Below are positions 34,901-49,000 of a stretch of 64,000 bases of DNA, piece after piece. The notes beneath the pieces are model-generated. The model was not told where the DNA came from and ran no database searches. It worked only from the letters and a program-made list of their open reading frames with translations. The first letter of the stretch is position 1. The number at the start of each line of letters is the position of its first letter. The DNA comes from Dudresnaya verticillata. Lineage: Eukaryota. The stretch lies in NCBI GenBank assembly GCA_977862235.1, contig OZ374560.1:2604001-2668000 (forward strand), read 5' to 3'. Both the position numbers and the translations under genes were made by a program.

Positions 34901-36761
34901 GCGGGTTGCGGGGAGGTCGAATGTGGGATGGGGGAGATGCAATGGAGAAAGGGGGGCAGAATGGGTTTCAGTGAGTACCAAGACTTCAAGGTTGTGGTCT
35001 GTCATGAGTTCCACGACTTCTCCAGTCGTGTCCGAGAGTCCAGAAACGTTCCAGGTTCCAACCCGCATCAGATGTGATCGATATTGGGTCCCGGGGTGTC
35101 GGAAGGCGTGGGGTTTCGAGTTAGCGATAGGTAGCGTCGTGTTCGAGGTGACTTGCTACCACTGGGGGGCGTGGCGTCGGACACGTCCATGGAGGATGGT
35201 ATTTCATTCTCGCATGGGCCACTTCTTGTGTCGTGAGGGGTTTCGGGGCTTTCCCAGTGGAAGGTGTGCACTACAGGCGGGTGTGCAGCTCTTCGGGGGA
35301 GTCCAAGTGCGCGATCCATTCCATCGCGAGAGATGCGAACCTGCAGGCGAGTGTGGACAGTCGGGTACGCTAAAGTGAGTGTTCGAAGTCTGTCCTGGTA
35401 CCACTGGGCAGTAGGGTGGTGAGGGGTGAGTTTCCCGCTCCGACACCAGCGGGTGGCAAGAACGAATGCGTGGTCTTCTGGTTTCAGGTTTTTCGCAGAC
35501 CCCTTCATTGGCTTGAGGGGATCAAAGCCAGCAGGGACAGGGGACATATAGCGGAGAAGGCGTGTGTGGACATCCTCGCAGACGTCTTGCTCGTGGACCA
35601 CCTCCACTACATATGGCGACTCTGTGGTGTGGTACGAGATACCTCGAATTGTGCGGCGATTTCCGTCCATGGCACCATTTAAGACGCAGCGTTGGAGTGC
35701 TGCGACGGGTACCCATTTGTCGTAGAGGAAGTATGATACTGTTAGGGGGCTTCGGAGGGCCCATGAGTCTTCTGCAGGGTGTCGTTCGGCAGAATACATG
35801 CGCTCCAGTGCCTCCATTGTCATCGGTTGCGTGGCCGCTGCTGGTTGGGACCTCGTTACTTCAAGGAACGTGGGTGGCGAACTGTTTGGGCGGTCACCAA
35901 CCTTTGTGGCAGTGGAAGGGCCGCACGGCAGGGCGTGGGAGGGTCGTTCAGGGGTCGTGGGGCCGCTGCCATTGCGGGTGTAGCTAGACGACGGGTTGCT
36001 GCGAGTATGAGTATTGATGAGTGCAGCGAGCGACGCAGTCTGTTGTTCTGCCAATATTGCGGCATCGGCACGGCCTTCTGCTCCTTGATCCTTAATTTGG
36101 GAGGACAAGCTTGCTGATACATCATCTAGTTTCAGCTGAAACGTATTGGCAGTGTGATCAATCCGTTCAGAGAGTGATGTGCGTGTTTGTTGTAGGCTGT
36201 CTTCGATCGCAGACATTCTGTGACGTTGAGAGGTGAGTTCTTTCCGTGTTTCTTCGAGCCCGTTTTCTTGCCGACTGAGGGAGCTTTCAAGAGCAGCAAT
36301 GGCGGCGTCAGTGGCCCTGGTGCGTAGATCGCCACGTGCTGATTTCGGTTTGTCAAGAAGTTTTGCCATAGTTTGGGAAGCTTCTTGAAGTGCAGACCCG
36401 GTGCGGAGAATTCTTAGGAGTGCAGAATCCCGGAACGTCGAGCTGCAGTCACGACAGCGATATCCGGAGCGGTTGGGAAGGACAAAGAGGGTTGAAGGTC
36501 TTGGTTCAGGACAGAGCGGGCAGACGGAGAATGCGACAGTGGTAGGGGTGAGGAGGGCAGGCTCGACCTGGGCTGCCAGGAAGGTCACGTCAGTATCATA
36601 TGGTGTGGGTGGTTTTCTGACACCAGCTGACGGCCTAACCGATGTAAAGCGCGGGGTAGACAACCCTTTGATACTCTGATGGCCTGGCGTGTGCGGATAT
36701 AGGAACGTTGCGTCATGGGGTGTCTCGGTCGTGGTGGAAAATGATTGATTGGAGTGGGCGG
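31925..36761 (-). mobile_element. Near full-length APE-type LINE: ORF1 (~36760-35068) and ORF2 (35068-32084; APE + RT, two premature stops)
   Basis: ORF2 GTWNVSGL...LTET...GDFNARH...TIDI...SDHRAV (APE), DLKRAYD, GVVQGSPLSP, YADD; stops at 33446 and 32708. ORF1 has CxxC...CxxC and a coiled coil. A-rich 3' tail; probable TSD core CATTTGTG at 31917 and 36762. Confidence 0.92.
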
Positions 36762-36950
36762 CATTTGTGGTACTGCGTCTAGATTCCCGCAATGTATTTA
36801 ATTGCATAGACCGTGCTCACATTTTACAGGAGGTCCATCGCCATGTTCCTGGCATTATCAAGCTCGTCCAATACCTATATGGCCGTACACCTAATCTTCT
36901 ATTTGGAGATTTTCTCTTGCCTAGTCGCACAGGTACACAACAATGTGACC

Positions 36951-37285
36951 TGTGAACAATGTTGCAATACAACTCTATTAATTGTTTGACATACAGGATA
37001 TATGTTACAATTGTATACGCTTGCTTCCCTGCTGAAGCATCCAAGTAGAAATTGATAGAAGCAGTTATTGTATCCTTGTCATACAAGAGATCATCTAAGT
37101 ATCGTGTATGCGCAGCTGTTAAGGAAATGGTAAGTGTAATAGAGTATCCCTAGTATTAGCTAGCTGGGTATAAATAGAGGCAGAGAGTAATGCCTCTGAT
37201 AAACTAGGTATCTGATCACGGACATAGTGAAGAGATCTACCATTTATCCAAAACCTACGAGAGAGTGTCCTATAACTTCTCTAAA
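36951..37285 (+). repeat. 5' LTR of Gypsy 1
   Basis: About 8 mismatches versus 43356-43690, counted by eye. Confidence 0.95.
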
Positions 37286-38929
37286 GTAATTACTTTGTTG
37301 CAACAGTAGTAAGCAGTTCTATTCACTGTTTCGAAGTACTGGGTTTATGGTAAGAACCCGGCAAACCAACTACGACGTTGACCCGGAAACTTATCACGCT
37401 GACATGGCGGAGGATAATAATGCAACTTCCATAGAAAGGAAGTCTACGGTTTTTGAGACACTAGCTCATCCTGTATTGAGAAGTGTAGAACCAAAGAAGG
37501 TAGCCGTATTTTTGCGAGAAAGAGCAAGAAACGAATTAGAAGTCGATGAACGGAGAAAAGAAGTGCCTACTATGACAGTTGCCTCTTATGCTGTCTCGGT
37601 GGATCGTATTTTGCTGGAGAATATGATAACAGTGGGTGAGTTAGATATTATTGCCCCTGGTGTGTCTATTGAATAAATTACAGATGCTCAGATAGAAGCA
37701 TATGTAAAGAGTATTGTGACAAGACGCGAAGGGGAAGACGTTGACCCAGCTGTGATTGAAAAGGCCGTCGAGAACGTCCGAATGCAGATGGACATAGAAG
37801 ATCCCTCCGCTCGCATATTGGAATTTGCTAACACGTTCTTTAAAAAATTAGAAGATGTTGGATACGCTACGTTCAAGACTGAAAATCCGAAGAAAACTAT
37901 TGCCCTCATGCAAGAGCTCCTTTACCCCAAGCTGCTGAAATATAACATGGCCTCTCACCTTGAATATCAGGAGGGATTAAAGAAAGATTTAAAGACTTAT
38001 GTGAAGCTGCTCTGTAAAGAAGCTAAGATATGCGATCGAAAAAAATGGAGGAAAAGTCTAAGAAGTCGAAAGGAGCAAATGCAAGTGGTGCGGCGGTTAA
38101 CAACCCGGATAAAAAGAAAAATGGCTCACATAAAAGTGAGAAGGAAAGTAAGGCAGAAATCGCGAAACAAACCAAGACGTCTAAAATTCCGTTATGCCTC
38201 AATCCGGAACATAAGAAGAAAGGAATTCGGCATTTCCTAAGGGACTGTGACCTTACATCAAAAGATGAAGCAGTACAATTGCTAAAAGCTGCTAGAGAGA
38301 AGAAAACGTCACTAATATCGGAAAGCGATTTAGAGACGGACAAAGGATTGGAATCAAGTACCAAAAAGGAAGCTATTTTCGCTTCTAAGGTACAGCGTGT
38401 GCTCTGTGCAGATGGTGGATCTGATATTAACTTAATGCCGGAAGAGCTTCTTGCATCATTGCTGTCACACGGAGCTAAGGTGACAGTTAACAATTTTCAG
38501 CACGTAAGGCAGTTTGAATTAGGAACGAAACATTCAGTGGAGAAGACTACCATATCAGTCGCTTGTAAGAAGATGGCCGTAATGGATGTCGAACTAAAGA
38601 TCAGGCACGGCAAAACCTTAATGTTGCGTAACTTATCTTGGTATGTCACTGCTCAGGAAATTAGTGAGCCATTACTAGGGCGTCCGGTATTGGAAGCACT
38701 TGATTTAGATACTAAGGAGCTATTCGCTGCAGCCTGTGATAGACTGAATGGAAAACTCGATCTAAATGACGAACAATCGGCCCCCCCGAAGAACACAAAA
38801 ATAGCTCGGCTACTGTCGGAGGGTGTGTTTCATTCCGACAAAGGTATTAATCAGACAGCGGAAACAGTCGGAGACCATGATTTTCTTGATATAGGGAAGG
38901 ACACAGAGGTGACAATTAAGGGTGCACTA

Positions 38930-40190
<1,261 letters not shown>

Positions 40191-43100
40191 CTATGGGGAG
40201 AATGCAGTCAAAAATGGTCTACCGGAACAGCATATCAACCGTCTAAAGACTATGGTGGATAAGTACTGGAACGTTTTCCGGTTAAGACTAGGTCCTGATC
40301 CTCCTGCAAAAGTGGATCCCATGAAGATACAGGTCAAGGAAAATTCTCGGCCAGTTATAGCAAAAGCTAGAAAATACACTACTGATCAGAGGGTCTTCAT
40401 TGAGAATTTTACTAAGCGTCTTTTGGAATACGGGTTGATTAAGCCGAATCCGAATGCGACTTGGGCTGCAGCCCCACTTATCGTTGAAAAGCCCGGCCCG
40501 TCTAAGTACCGACTGACCTTTGATTATCGCCCGATTAACTCAGCGACAGTACAGACTGCGTGGACGACGCCACATGTCGAATCAGAGTTGATGGACATGG
40601 CAGGTAGCAAATACTTTTCAAAACTAGATCTATGTCAGGGTTATTGGCAGATGCCACTGCACCCTGATTCCCAACCATTATGCAGTTTCATGAAACCCCG
40701 GGGCATCTTTCAACCCACAAGGACAACCCAGGGAATCATGAATGGGAGTTAAATTTTCTCATCTCGCGTTGAACCTTGCTTTCAAAGAATCCGAGATTCT
40801 TACGAGGTCGATCCTTTCAAAGCATGGCTCGATGACCTCGTCACCCACAGTAACTGAATTGCTTGACAAATTGGAAATGTTCCCGAAGATATGTGAAGAA
40901 AAGAATTTAAAACTTTCTGCTAAGAAGCGTGTACTTTTCGTTAAAGAAGTAACGTGGTGTGGGCGCATTATTGACCCCCAAGGCGTTAGATTTGATCCAT
41001 CGCGTCTGGAAGGACTGCAGAAGATAAACATGCCACGATCAGCAGGGGAACTCTGCGAGTATGTTTACTGCTTGCAATGGATGTCAACCTCTATTCCTAA
41101 ATTTGTGGAGAGAATAGACCCATTAATAATCATTGTAGAAGAAGCATACAAGCGCGTAGGATCTAGAAAGAAGAGACACATTAAGGGAATTCAATTGTCA
41201 GATTTGGCATGGGGCCCTGTACAAGAAACAGCGTTCCATGACCTTCAATGCCATATCAGAGACTCGGTGAAGTTGGTTCACCGAAAGCCAAAATGGGAAA
41301 TTTGTGTCTTTAGCGATGCGTCTGATTTATTTTGGTCTGGAGTTGTTACGCAATGTCCTAAAGAAGAGTTGTGTAAGGAGGCACGGATCACAAGCATGAG
41401 CCATTAGCATTTCTGGGTTCTGCGTTTACGAACACAGAGCAAGGATGGACTACCTTCGAGAAAGAGGCGTTCGCTATAGTGCAGTCATTTAAGAAAATGG
41501 ATTATATGCTGTTGATCGAGAAGAATACCCATATATTTACCGAGCACCGGAACTTACTTTTTGTTTACAACCCGGAAGCCATAGAACCAGCTTTGGGTCG
41601 ACATATTGTCACCGAAGTACAACATTGGGCATTATACTTGTCACGTTACTCGTACTCAATTGAGCATATTGAAGAAACCAGTAACACTATGGCTAATATT
41701 ATGACCAGATGGTACAGAGGGTACCGAGGGAGACCTAAGTCCGTAAAGCGCATATCACATATTATTGTGCATAGGGATATTGTGGAAACCCCGTTGGCTG
41801 AGAATTTCAAATGGCCAAGTCATGAAATGATCGTCAATTCCCAGAAGCTCCATGCAGGTGACAAGCTGTCTCCTACAACCGAAAAGGACAATGGGCTTCT
41901 GACAATAGGAAAATATGTTTGGATACCTGAAGCAGATACGGAGCTGCAGCTTAAAATATTGGTGATAGCCCACTGCGGTGCTGCTGGTCACCGAGGAGGC
42001 GAGACTACGAGGAACGTCGTGAATGAGTTATACACTTGGAAAACACTGAGAGACGATTGTTTGGAGTTTGTCGGAAAATGTCTACATTGTTTAGTAGCAA
42101 AGAGTGGGCTGAGAGTCCCTCGACCTCCAGCATTAATGACACATGGGACAACACCTAATGAAGTAATACACTTTGACTTCCTCTACATGGGTCCTGGTCT
42201 CCAAAGTTTAAAATATGTATTGGTGATCAGTGATGACCTTTCATCATATTGCTGGCTTTATCCCACTAGGAATGCTGATGGAGACTCTGCAGCAGCTGAG
42301 ATAGCCCGATGGGTAAGAACATTTACACCAATGAGTATTTGGATCAGTGATCAAGGAAGTCACTTCAAGAATGAAGCCATGAAAATACTTGCTTCAGTCT
42401 ATAAGGTTAAGCACCAATTTACAATAGCCAATTCCCCTTGGGTGAATGGAACAGTTGAAAACTGTATGCGGAAGATTAGAGCTGCATGTCAATCGTTACT
42501 TTCTGAAATGAAGCTCGGACCGCAGGATTGGCCAATCGTATTAGGGATGGTAATGTCCGCTCTAAATGAGGCACCACTATATCGATTAGGAAAACATAAT
42601 GATGGTACAGTTCTATCCCCGTTAGAAGTATTTACTGGGCTCAGACCAAGAAGATCTCAGATGCTATATGGAAACGCCATTGAAGAATCAGGTGGCGAGT
42701 ACACAATAGAACGAGTCAGAGGCATTCAACTGATGCGTATCGAAGGTATCCAGTCTGCCATTGGAAATTTGCAAAAGCACGTGTCGGAAAAGGTTTCTAA
42801 GAATCGGAAGCGGCAAATGGAACATCACAACAAAAAGACCAATCTGGTCTCTCCCAACTTCAGTATTGGAGATTATTTGTTAGTCCGGCGAGCACAAGAC
42901 AAAGGGCATAAGATGAAGTTTAGGTGGCTTGGCCCAAGGACTATTTCCGATGTCATAAGTGGTGTTATATATGATGTTAAGGGTTTATAAGATGGAAAAA
43001 CCGAAAAAGTACATGCTGCTCGTCTCATGACATATAGAGCTGATATGGATGGTTTTCCAGTCTCTCCGGAATTGATGGCACAAGTAGAACACCTTGAGGC

Positions 43101-43355
43101 GAAATATGAATTAATCGAAAATCTACTAGACATAGGAAAGGCACATGATGGTTTATTCATTCAAGTCGAATGGATGGGATTGCCTGACAAATGTGATTGG
43201 ACGTGGAACTCCATTGAGCAACTATATGATGATGTGCCTGAAACGGTACTGAAGTTTTTATCTACTACGAAGAAAAAAGTCCTTGCCAAGAAAGCTTTGG
43301 ACAAACTGAACATTGTCATATAGAAATGAAATACCATACTATTTTCATCGGGCAC

Positions 43356-43690
43356 TGTGAACAATGCTGCAATACAACTCTATTAGTTGTTTGACATACA
43401 GGATATATGTTACAATTGTATACACTTGCTTCCCTGCTGAAGCATCCAAGTAGAAATTGATAGAAGCAGTTATTGTATCCTTGTCATACAAGAGATCATC
43501 TGAGTATCGTGTATGCGCAGCTGTTAAGGAAATGGTACGTGTAATAGAGTATCCCTAGTATTAGCTAGCTGGGCATAATTAGAGGCAGAGAGTAATGCCT
43601 CTGATAAACTAGGTATCTGATCACGGACATAGTGAAGAGATCTATCATTTATCCAAAACCTACGAGAGAGTGTCCTATAACTTCTCTAAA
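43356..43690 (+). repeat. 3' LTR of Gypsy 1
   Basis: Direct repeat of 36951-37285, followed by TSD GACC. Confidence 0.95.
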
Positions 43691-43951
43691 GACCCTTTAA
43701 GCATGCTACTTTTCTATTTTGCTCTGCACCCTCTACTGAACGCCATTCGGTCTCATGTTCCCTCTTGATGTTCTACTTGGTCTCTCTCTTCTTCTGTTCT
43801 TCCTTTGGTTTCAGGTCATCCCGCTTCCCCATTCTACTCTCTATCGCTAGCCCTTCGCCCCGCGCTTTCGCACCGCGTTTACTGCGCGGTGTGGCGCTCT
43901 CTACGGCCCATTGTCACACCTGAGCATCATTTCCGATGTTCCATTCATGCT

Positions 43952-44111
43952 AGGACCCGCTGCGTGGCAACGGCTGCGTCGTTGAGCTCCTGAATTGACC
44001 CTTACCATTTACGACGTGCTATTCAGGTCAGGACCCGCTGCGCGGCAACGGCTGCGCCGTTGAGTCCCTGACCCGAGTTCCGCTGCGCGGACAATGGCTG
44101 CGCCATTGAGC
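43952..44111. repeat. Three imperfect ~30-40-bp repeats, each containing a 7-bp hairpin
   Basis: CAACGGC-TGC-GTCGTTG, CAACGGC-TGC-GCCGTTG and CAATGGC-TGC-GCCATTG, each preceded by CCGCTGCG(T/C)GG. Confidence 0.85.
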
Positions 44112-45465
44112 GACGTAGCACTGCCAGGTCTGCGACCGGATCCCACGTTTAGCCACTTGGCTGGCGTTGTAAAAAATATCAGGTGACCTGGATATTTCCA
44201 ACACGGGTGATAATCTTCTGGTCCACAGGCCGCGCCTGATGCGCAATCATAATGAGATCACCGGCGTGTCTCCACGACACATCACGACCCGGCGGCTTTT
44301 GTGGCGATCTGACTACACAGCACGCCGCAAGTCGTTCCCTGTGCCTCTCGCTGCGCGAGAGCTCAGATTCCTTAATTCCTTGTCTTTTGTAGCGGGACGC
44401 GAACTGCGTCCACAATAAAGGCAGCCCTTTCTCGGCGAACCGACCGAGCAGAGAGGCATCGCCGTCTCACTTTGTGGTGTAGTGAAAGGCACACCTGTAC
44501 GGAGAGCTGATCAGGCAATCCCAATAAGGAGTGATCTCACACGGCACCGGGGTGGTAGAGCTTAGTTCGTAGACCGAAGGGAGTACCTCAAGCGGCAACA
44601 CCTTAAGGAGGAAAGGGACGCGACAGACAAGGGGGACGGTACAGTGCCAGGGCAGCTAGACCGGGACGGAAGTAAGAGGAATCCGTGTACGGGGCCGGCG
44701 AAGGGAAACCGTGAAGGAGTATGAGGGTAAGGCTTAGGGTAAGTCACTTTGCCCAGGGTTGCGTACCCGTTTACTGTAGGACTTGCGGTGGCCACCCATT
44801 AATATACTGAGAGATACGCCCCGCGGTCCGGTCCATGTGGGCCAGGCCCAAATGGGTCTGGTCCACCAGGTGGGTCCGGCCCTACTGGTCCCGGTCACCG
44901 TTGCGGACATGCTCGGCATTCCCATTGGCCAGCACATTCCATCATCCATTCCCTTACCAACTGGTTCATCATCCTGCAGGTCAACCAACGCGCTCTTCCA
45001 TTCCGATGTGCCGCTTGCCATGGCGGGTGGCAGTAATGACCGCGAGCGGTCCCCTTTTCAACCGACGCGCCATTCGCAGTCGACGGGGGAGGTGCCGGCC
45101 GCGGAGGTGCCCACGCGAGAAGAAGAAGCGCGGGCGACCACCATACTGGAGTCTCCGACCGTGGCGGCAGGAGCGCCAGGACGTCCGGGGAGCCTGAGGC
45201 TGCCACGCCGCCGGCTCAGGGGCGAGGGTCCGATGGCGAGCACACCGCTTCTGGATCGTCAAGTGGGAGACGGGGCGCATCGGCCTGGAAGGGTCATAGG
45301 TAACACCGAAATGGAGTACCGCGCAAGCGGCGAGCCACGGCAGGGGGCGTCACGCCGGTTGCACCGGAGCAGCAATGGTCGACTCCGCACGGGCGTTGTG
45401 ATGCGCGGGAGCAGGCTCATCCGTATGGTCGTACTGGGAACGTTCATCCACTGCCCTCACCGACG

Positions 45466-46061
45466 ATGGGTGGCGTGATGACTCCACCGGGGCCAAGGTC
45501 GTACACTCCAGCTGGGTATCGGGGGCTCGCGAGCTCGACCGAGTACACCGATGAGGCGACGTGGTTGGGTCGCGAATACGACCACCGCACAGGTCGGCAT
45601 CACCGTACCGAAGAGGAGCGCGACATGGTCCCCCTCCCCCTTCCCGTTTCGGTGTTCGTGATGGATTACGCCGAGACGCGAGAGGGGCGCCGCTATAATG
45701 CCGTTACGGAGTCCAGTGGGCTGAGCAACCACAAGTGGTTTCCGAACCGGCGGGAAGAAATGTGGAAGTCCCGCTGGATTCACTCCGCTTGTCGGGCACG
45801 GACTCCGTGTGGGTGTGACATCGTGTGGGTGCGGTGTCAGGAAGAAGAGGGTTACGCCGAGAAGGTGTTCCGCTTGTTAGTGTCCGCGCATCGGCAGCAG
45901 AATCGTCCGGTTGGTGTGGAGTTCTTGTGCGACACCAAATCGTACGACCAAGGCGTAGATTGGTTTGGCAATCTGCAACGGTGGTGCGACGATGCAGCGA
46001 AGGAACACCGACTCCGTTCGCGGGGTCGCGATGGACGCCGTTTAGGCAGAGCGTTACTTCA
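45466..46061 (+). other. Trp/Arg-rich ORF of unknown function, probably TE-borne, truncated by the GalEa-like LTR
   Basis: About 199 codons with globular-looking composition running into the LTR at 46062; lies inside the TE nest. Confidence 0.35.
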
Positions 46062-49000
46062 TGTAACGGGTAGTGTAAGTTATGTACTGTACGATAGGCT
46101 AGCACCGTCGGTACGGACGACGCCGAATCCCTCGACGAGTGTGGGACGGAACCCTATATCAAGGGACACAGTACCCGCGCCACTCCTCTATCATCTTCAT
46201 CATATTCTCTTTCCAATAAACCTCTGTGTCACCCACATGGTAGCATCGACTGGTCAACGTTTCTCGTTCTAGCCGCTGTTGATTCCTTGGCTGAGCCATC
46301 GCTCGCTTTCGGAACAGCTCACTGCCGTCGGCATTGAGTCACAAGAAGCTGAGCCACCGCTCGCGACTTGTTCACCCGCTTCACCGCAGCCTCCCAGCTT
46401 CCCGCTATGGCGGAGTCTCGCAACTCAGCCGGTCCGATGCTGAACCGCACTCAGAAAGACCCAGTCTCCGATGAGCTTCGTGCTCAGACCAAGGACATTT
46501 GGCACTTCTTCCGCCGCCCCCAAGACCTCAACGACGACGAACCATGGCCGTGCACAAACATCTGCCTCGTCACCTCACAGCTCATCCCTGAGCACAACCC
46601 GGACGCCGGTCCGATTCCAGCTACATTCGCCGCAGCTTTGGAGTTCGACTTCCGTTCCGACACCAACATCATCGAACGGTGTGATCATTTCTCCTTCTAT
46701 ATCTCTGCCACAGCAGTCCGCAAGATGAAGCCCTTCTGGTTGAAAACTCTACTCCACATCCTCATCAACTTCACCAAGTGTTCTCGCCCCCGCACGCGTA
46801 ACGTGAACCCGATTGATTGTATCATATCCAACCTAGACGGCTACGACTGTATCGACGACAACGACCAGACTGCCCAACTTCTTCCAGAAGACTCGCCTTC
46901 TTCGACCGACTCTTCTGCCATCACTGTGATCAAGACGCAATATTACGACCATCGCATGGACCTGAGCAGTGCTATCAAGGTTATCACCTCCATTTTTGAC
47001 AAGTCAGATCGCATCACTGGCGATGAAGAAGAACCATTCTTCCACCGCTTGCAGCCGATTCTGGACCAGATGGATTCATCAAAGATACCCGATGAGCACA
47101 AGGTTCCGACACTCTTCTCTATCTTAACTGGTCGTGCCAAAGACGCTGCGCAACGCATCCGGTCTAACTCGACCACCATCGATGACTTTGTTGAAGGTCT
47201 TTCCAACATTCTTGTCAAGGAGCACAACATCCAACAACGCAAGATGAACCGTTGGAACGCTCTCCAGTATGCTGACTTTCGCAACAAGGTTAGTTCAGAG
47301 CATGAAGCCACTGGTAATTGTCTTGACTACCTCATGGCTCATTGCAAAGACCTCCCCGCTCACATGAACAACAATGCGACCCTTCTCGAACGCATCCGTG
47401 CTATATTCAAGGATGTCCCGTGGTGTATGACTCTCTATGAGCGCACGACTCCGAACCAAGACCCTCTCTCATTTCGACAGCTTCTGAAGACTGCCGCTTG
47501 CAACCATGATGACCGCAACAAACGCAAGAAGCAACCCGGTACTCCCATGTTTCCTGTCAACCCAGACAACGGACATGACCCGATACCCGATCTAGTCGCC
47601 ACCTTCTTCGCAAAAACAAGACCGCCGCCTTAACACCGTCGACCGCAGAGGTACCAGAATCGAGGCTTCCCACGTCGTTACCAGAATCATGGTCAGAACG
47701 GGCAATACAACAACTACCGTAGTAACTCACGATACGGTAACTCTTCTCGTTGTAATAGCCGCTTTCCGTCTCAACTTCGTACTCGCCGCTGCTTCGCATG
47801 CAACATGGAAGGTCACATTGCTCGAAACTGTCCAGAGAGACGCAAGTACGAGAACCGTCTACATAACCTGAAGCAAGTTGGACCTGCAGATGTTATGCTC
47901 ATCGAAGCCATTGAGCAGGGCCCTACCGATGATCTGGAAGAGATCGCAACATACCTTGCCGATTTTGAAGCCGACATCAGCGACAGCATGGATACCTCCG
48001 ACTTCGACAACTGGATATGCGAACTCCGATACGTAATCGATACCAGTTACGACAACAACCCGTCTCCTTCTCATCACTTCCTCGTACCTATGCTTCCGTG
48101 GTCAAACGATGAGACCATGACTCACAGCGTCATCTCCGTATTTAGGCACATCCTGCTTGATACGGAGCATCGATACAGAGCATTTGCAGCCTACCATGGC
48201 TAGCCCAGGCGAACTGGCAACCTGTTCAGACGCTTCATCTTCCGAATTATGTCAAGCCGTTTCTCTTCGCAGGTACTCGATTCTCCGCACTACATACCGC
48301 ATGCCTAATTGCAAACGTTGAAGATATTCATGGGCAGCAGCACATCTTCCGGCAAGTCGTATTTGTCCTACCCCCAACCCCAATACCGTTCTTGGTTGGC
48401 CCTCAGACATTACGAAGCAACTCGTTCGACATATGCCTCCGAGATGGAGCACAAAGCCACATCATCGTGAACAAGTGGAACGCTACCATTCCTATTGCAG
48501 TCAACGCTCACATTTGGTTGAACTTTGAGCCATGCAACATCGACCCAGACCCAAATTTCAACTGGAATGACCTCATCAACCAGGCGTTCTCACTCTCAAA
48601 GAAGGACACCCACTTCAACTACTTGGTCGACCCGCCTGTCAACCTCATCAAGAAGCCAAACGACGCGAACAACGCTGCTAACGCATTCCACGTGGACAAC
48701 AATTGCCGGTTATCAACTTACATTACGCAACCATGGGAACGCGATGGATGGTCTTCCAAGCTGACAGAGAACAACATCGAGAATCTGCACAGCGTATTGA
48801 GACACCCTACAAGCTCCTCATTGCTTGAGCTCATTCGGCAACAAAGAAAAGGCCGCAAGGTTCCGCAAGCCCTCAAGAACCGCATCGAAGCGCAGCAGAA
48901 GCAATGTCGTCCATGCAATGAATTTGTCGAGATGCCACGGAAACCTAAGCTCGCTCTCCCTCCGACATCGACCCCAAACGTTGCTGTTTCTTTGGACGTG

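Noticed and set aside
43952..44111. CRISPR-like repeat-spacer array
   Set aside because: Only three imperfect units, very unequal spacers, no cas genes, eukaryotic TE context.
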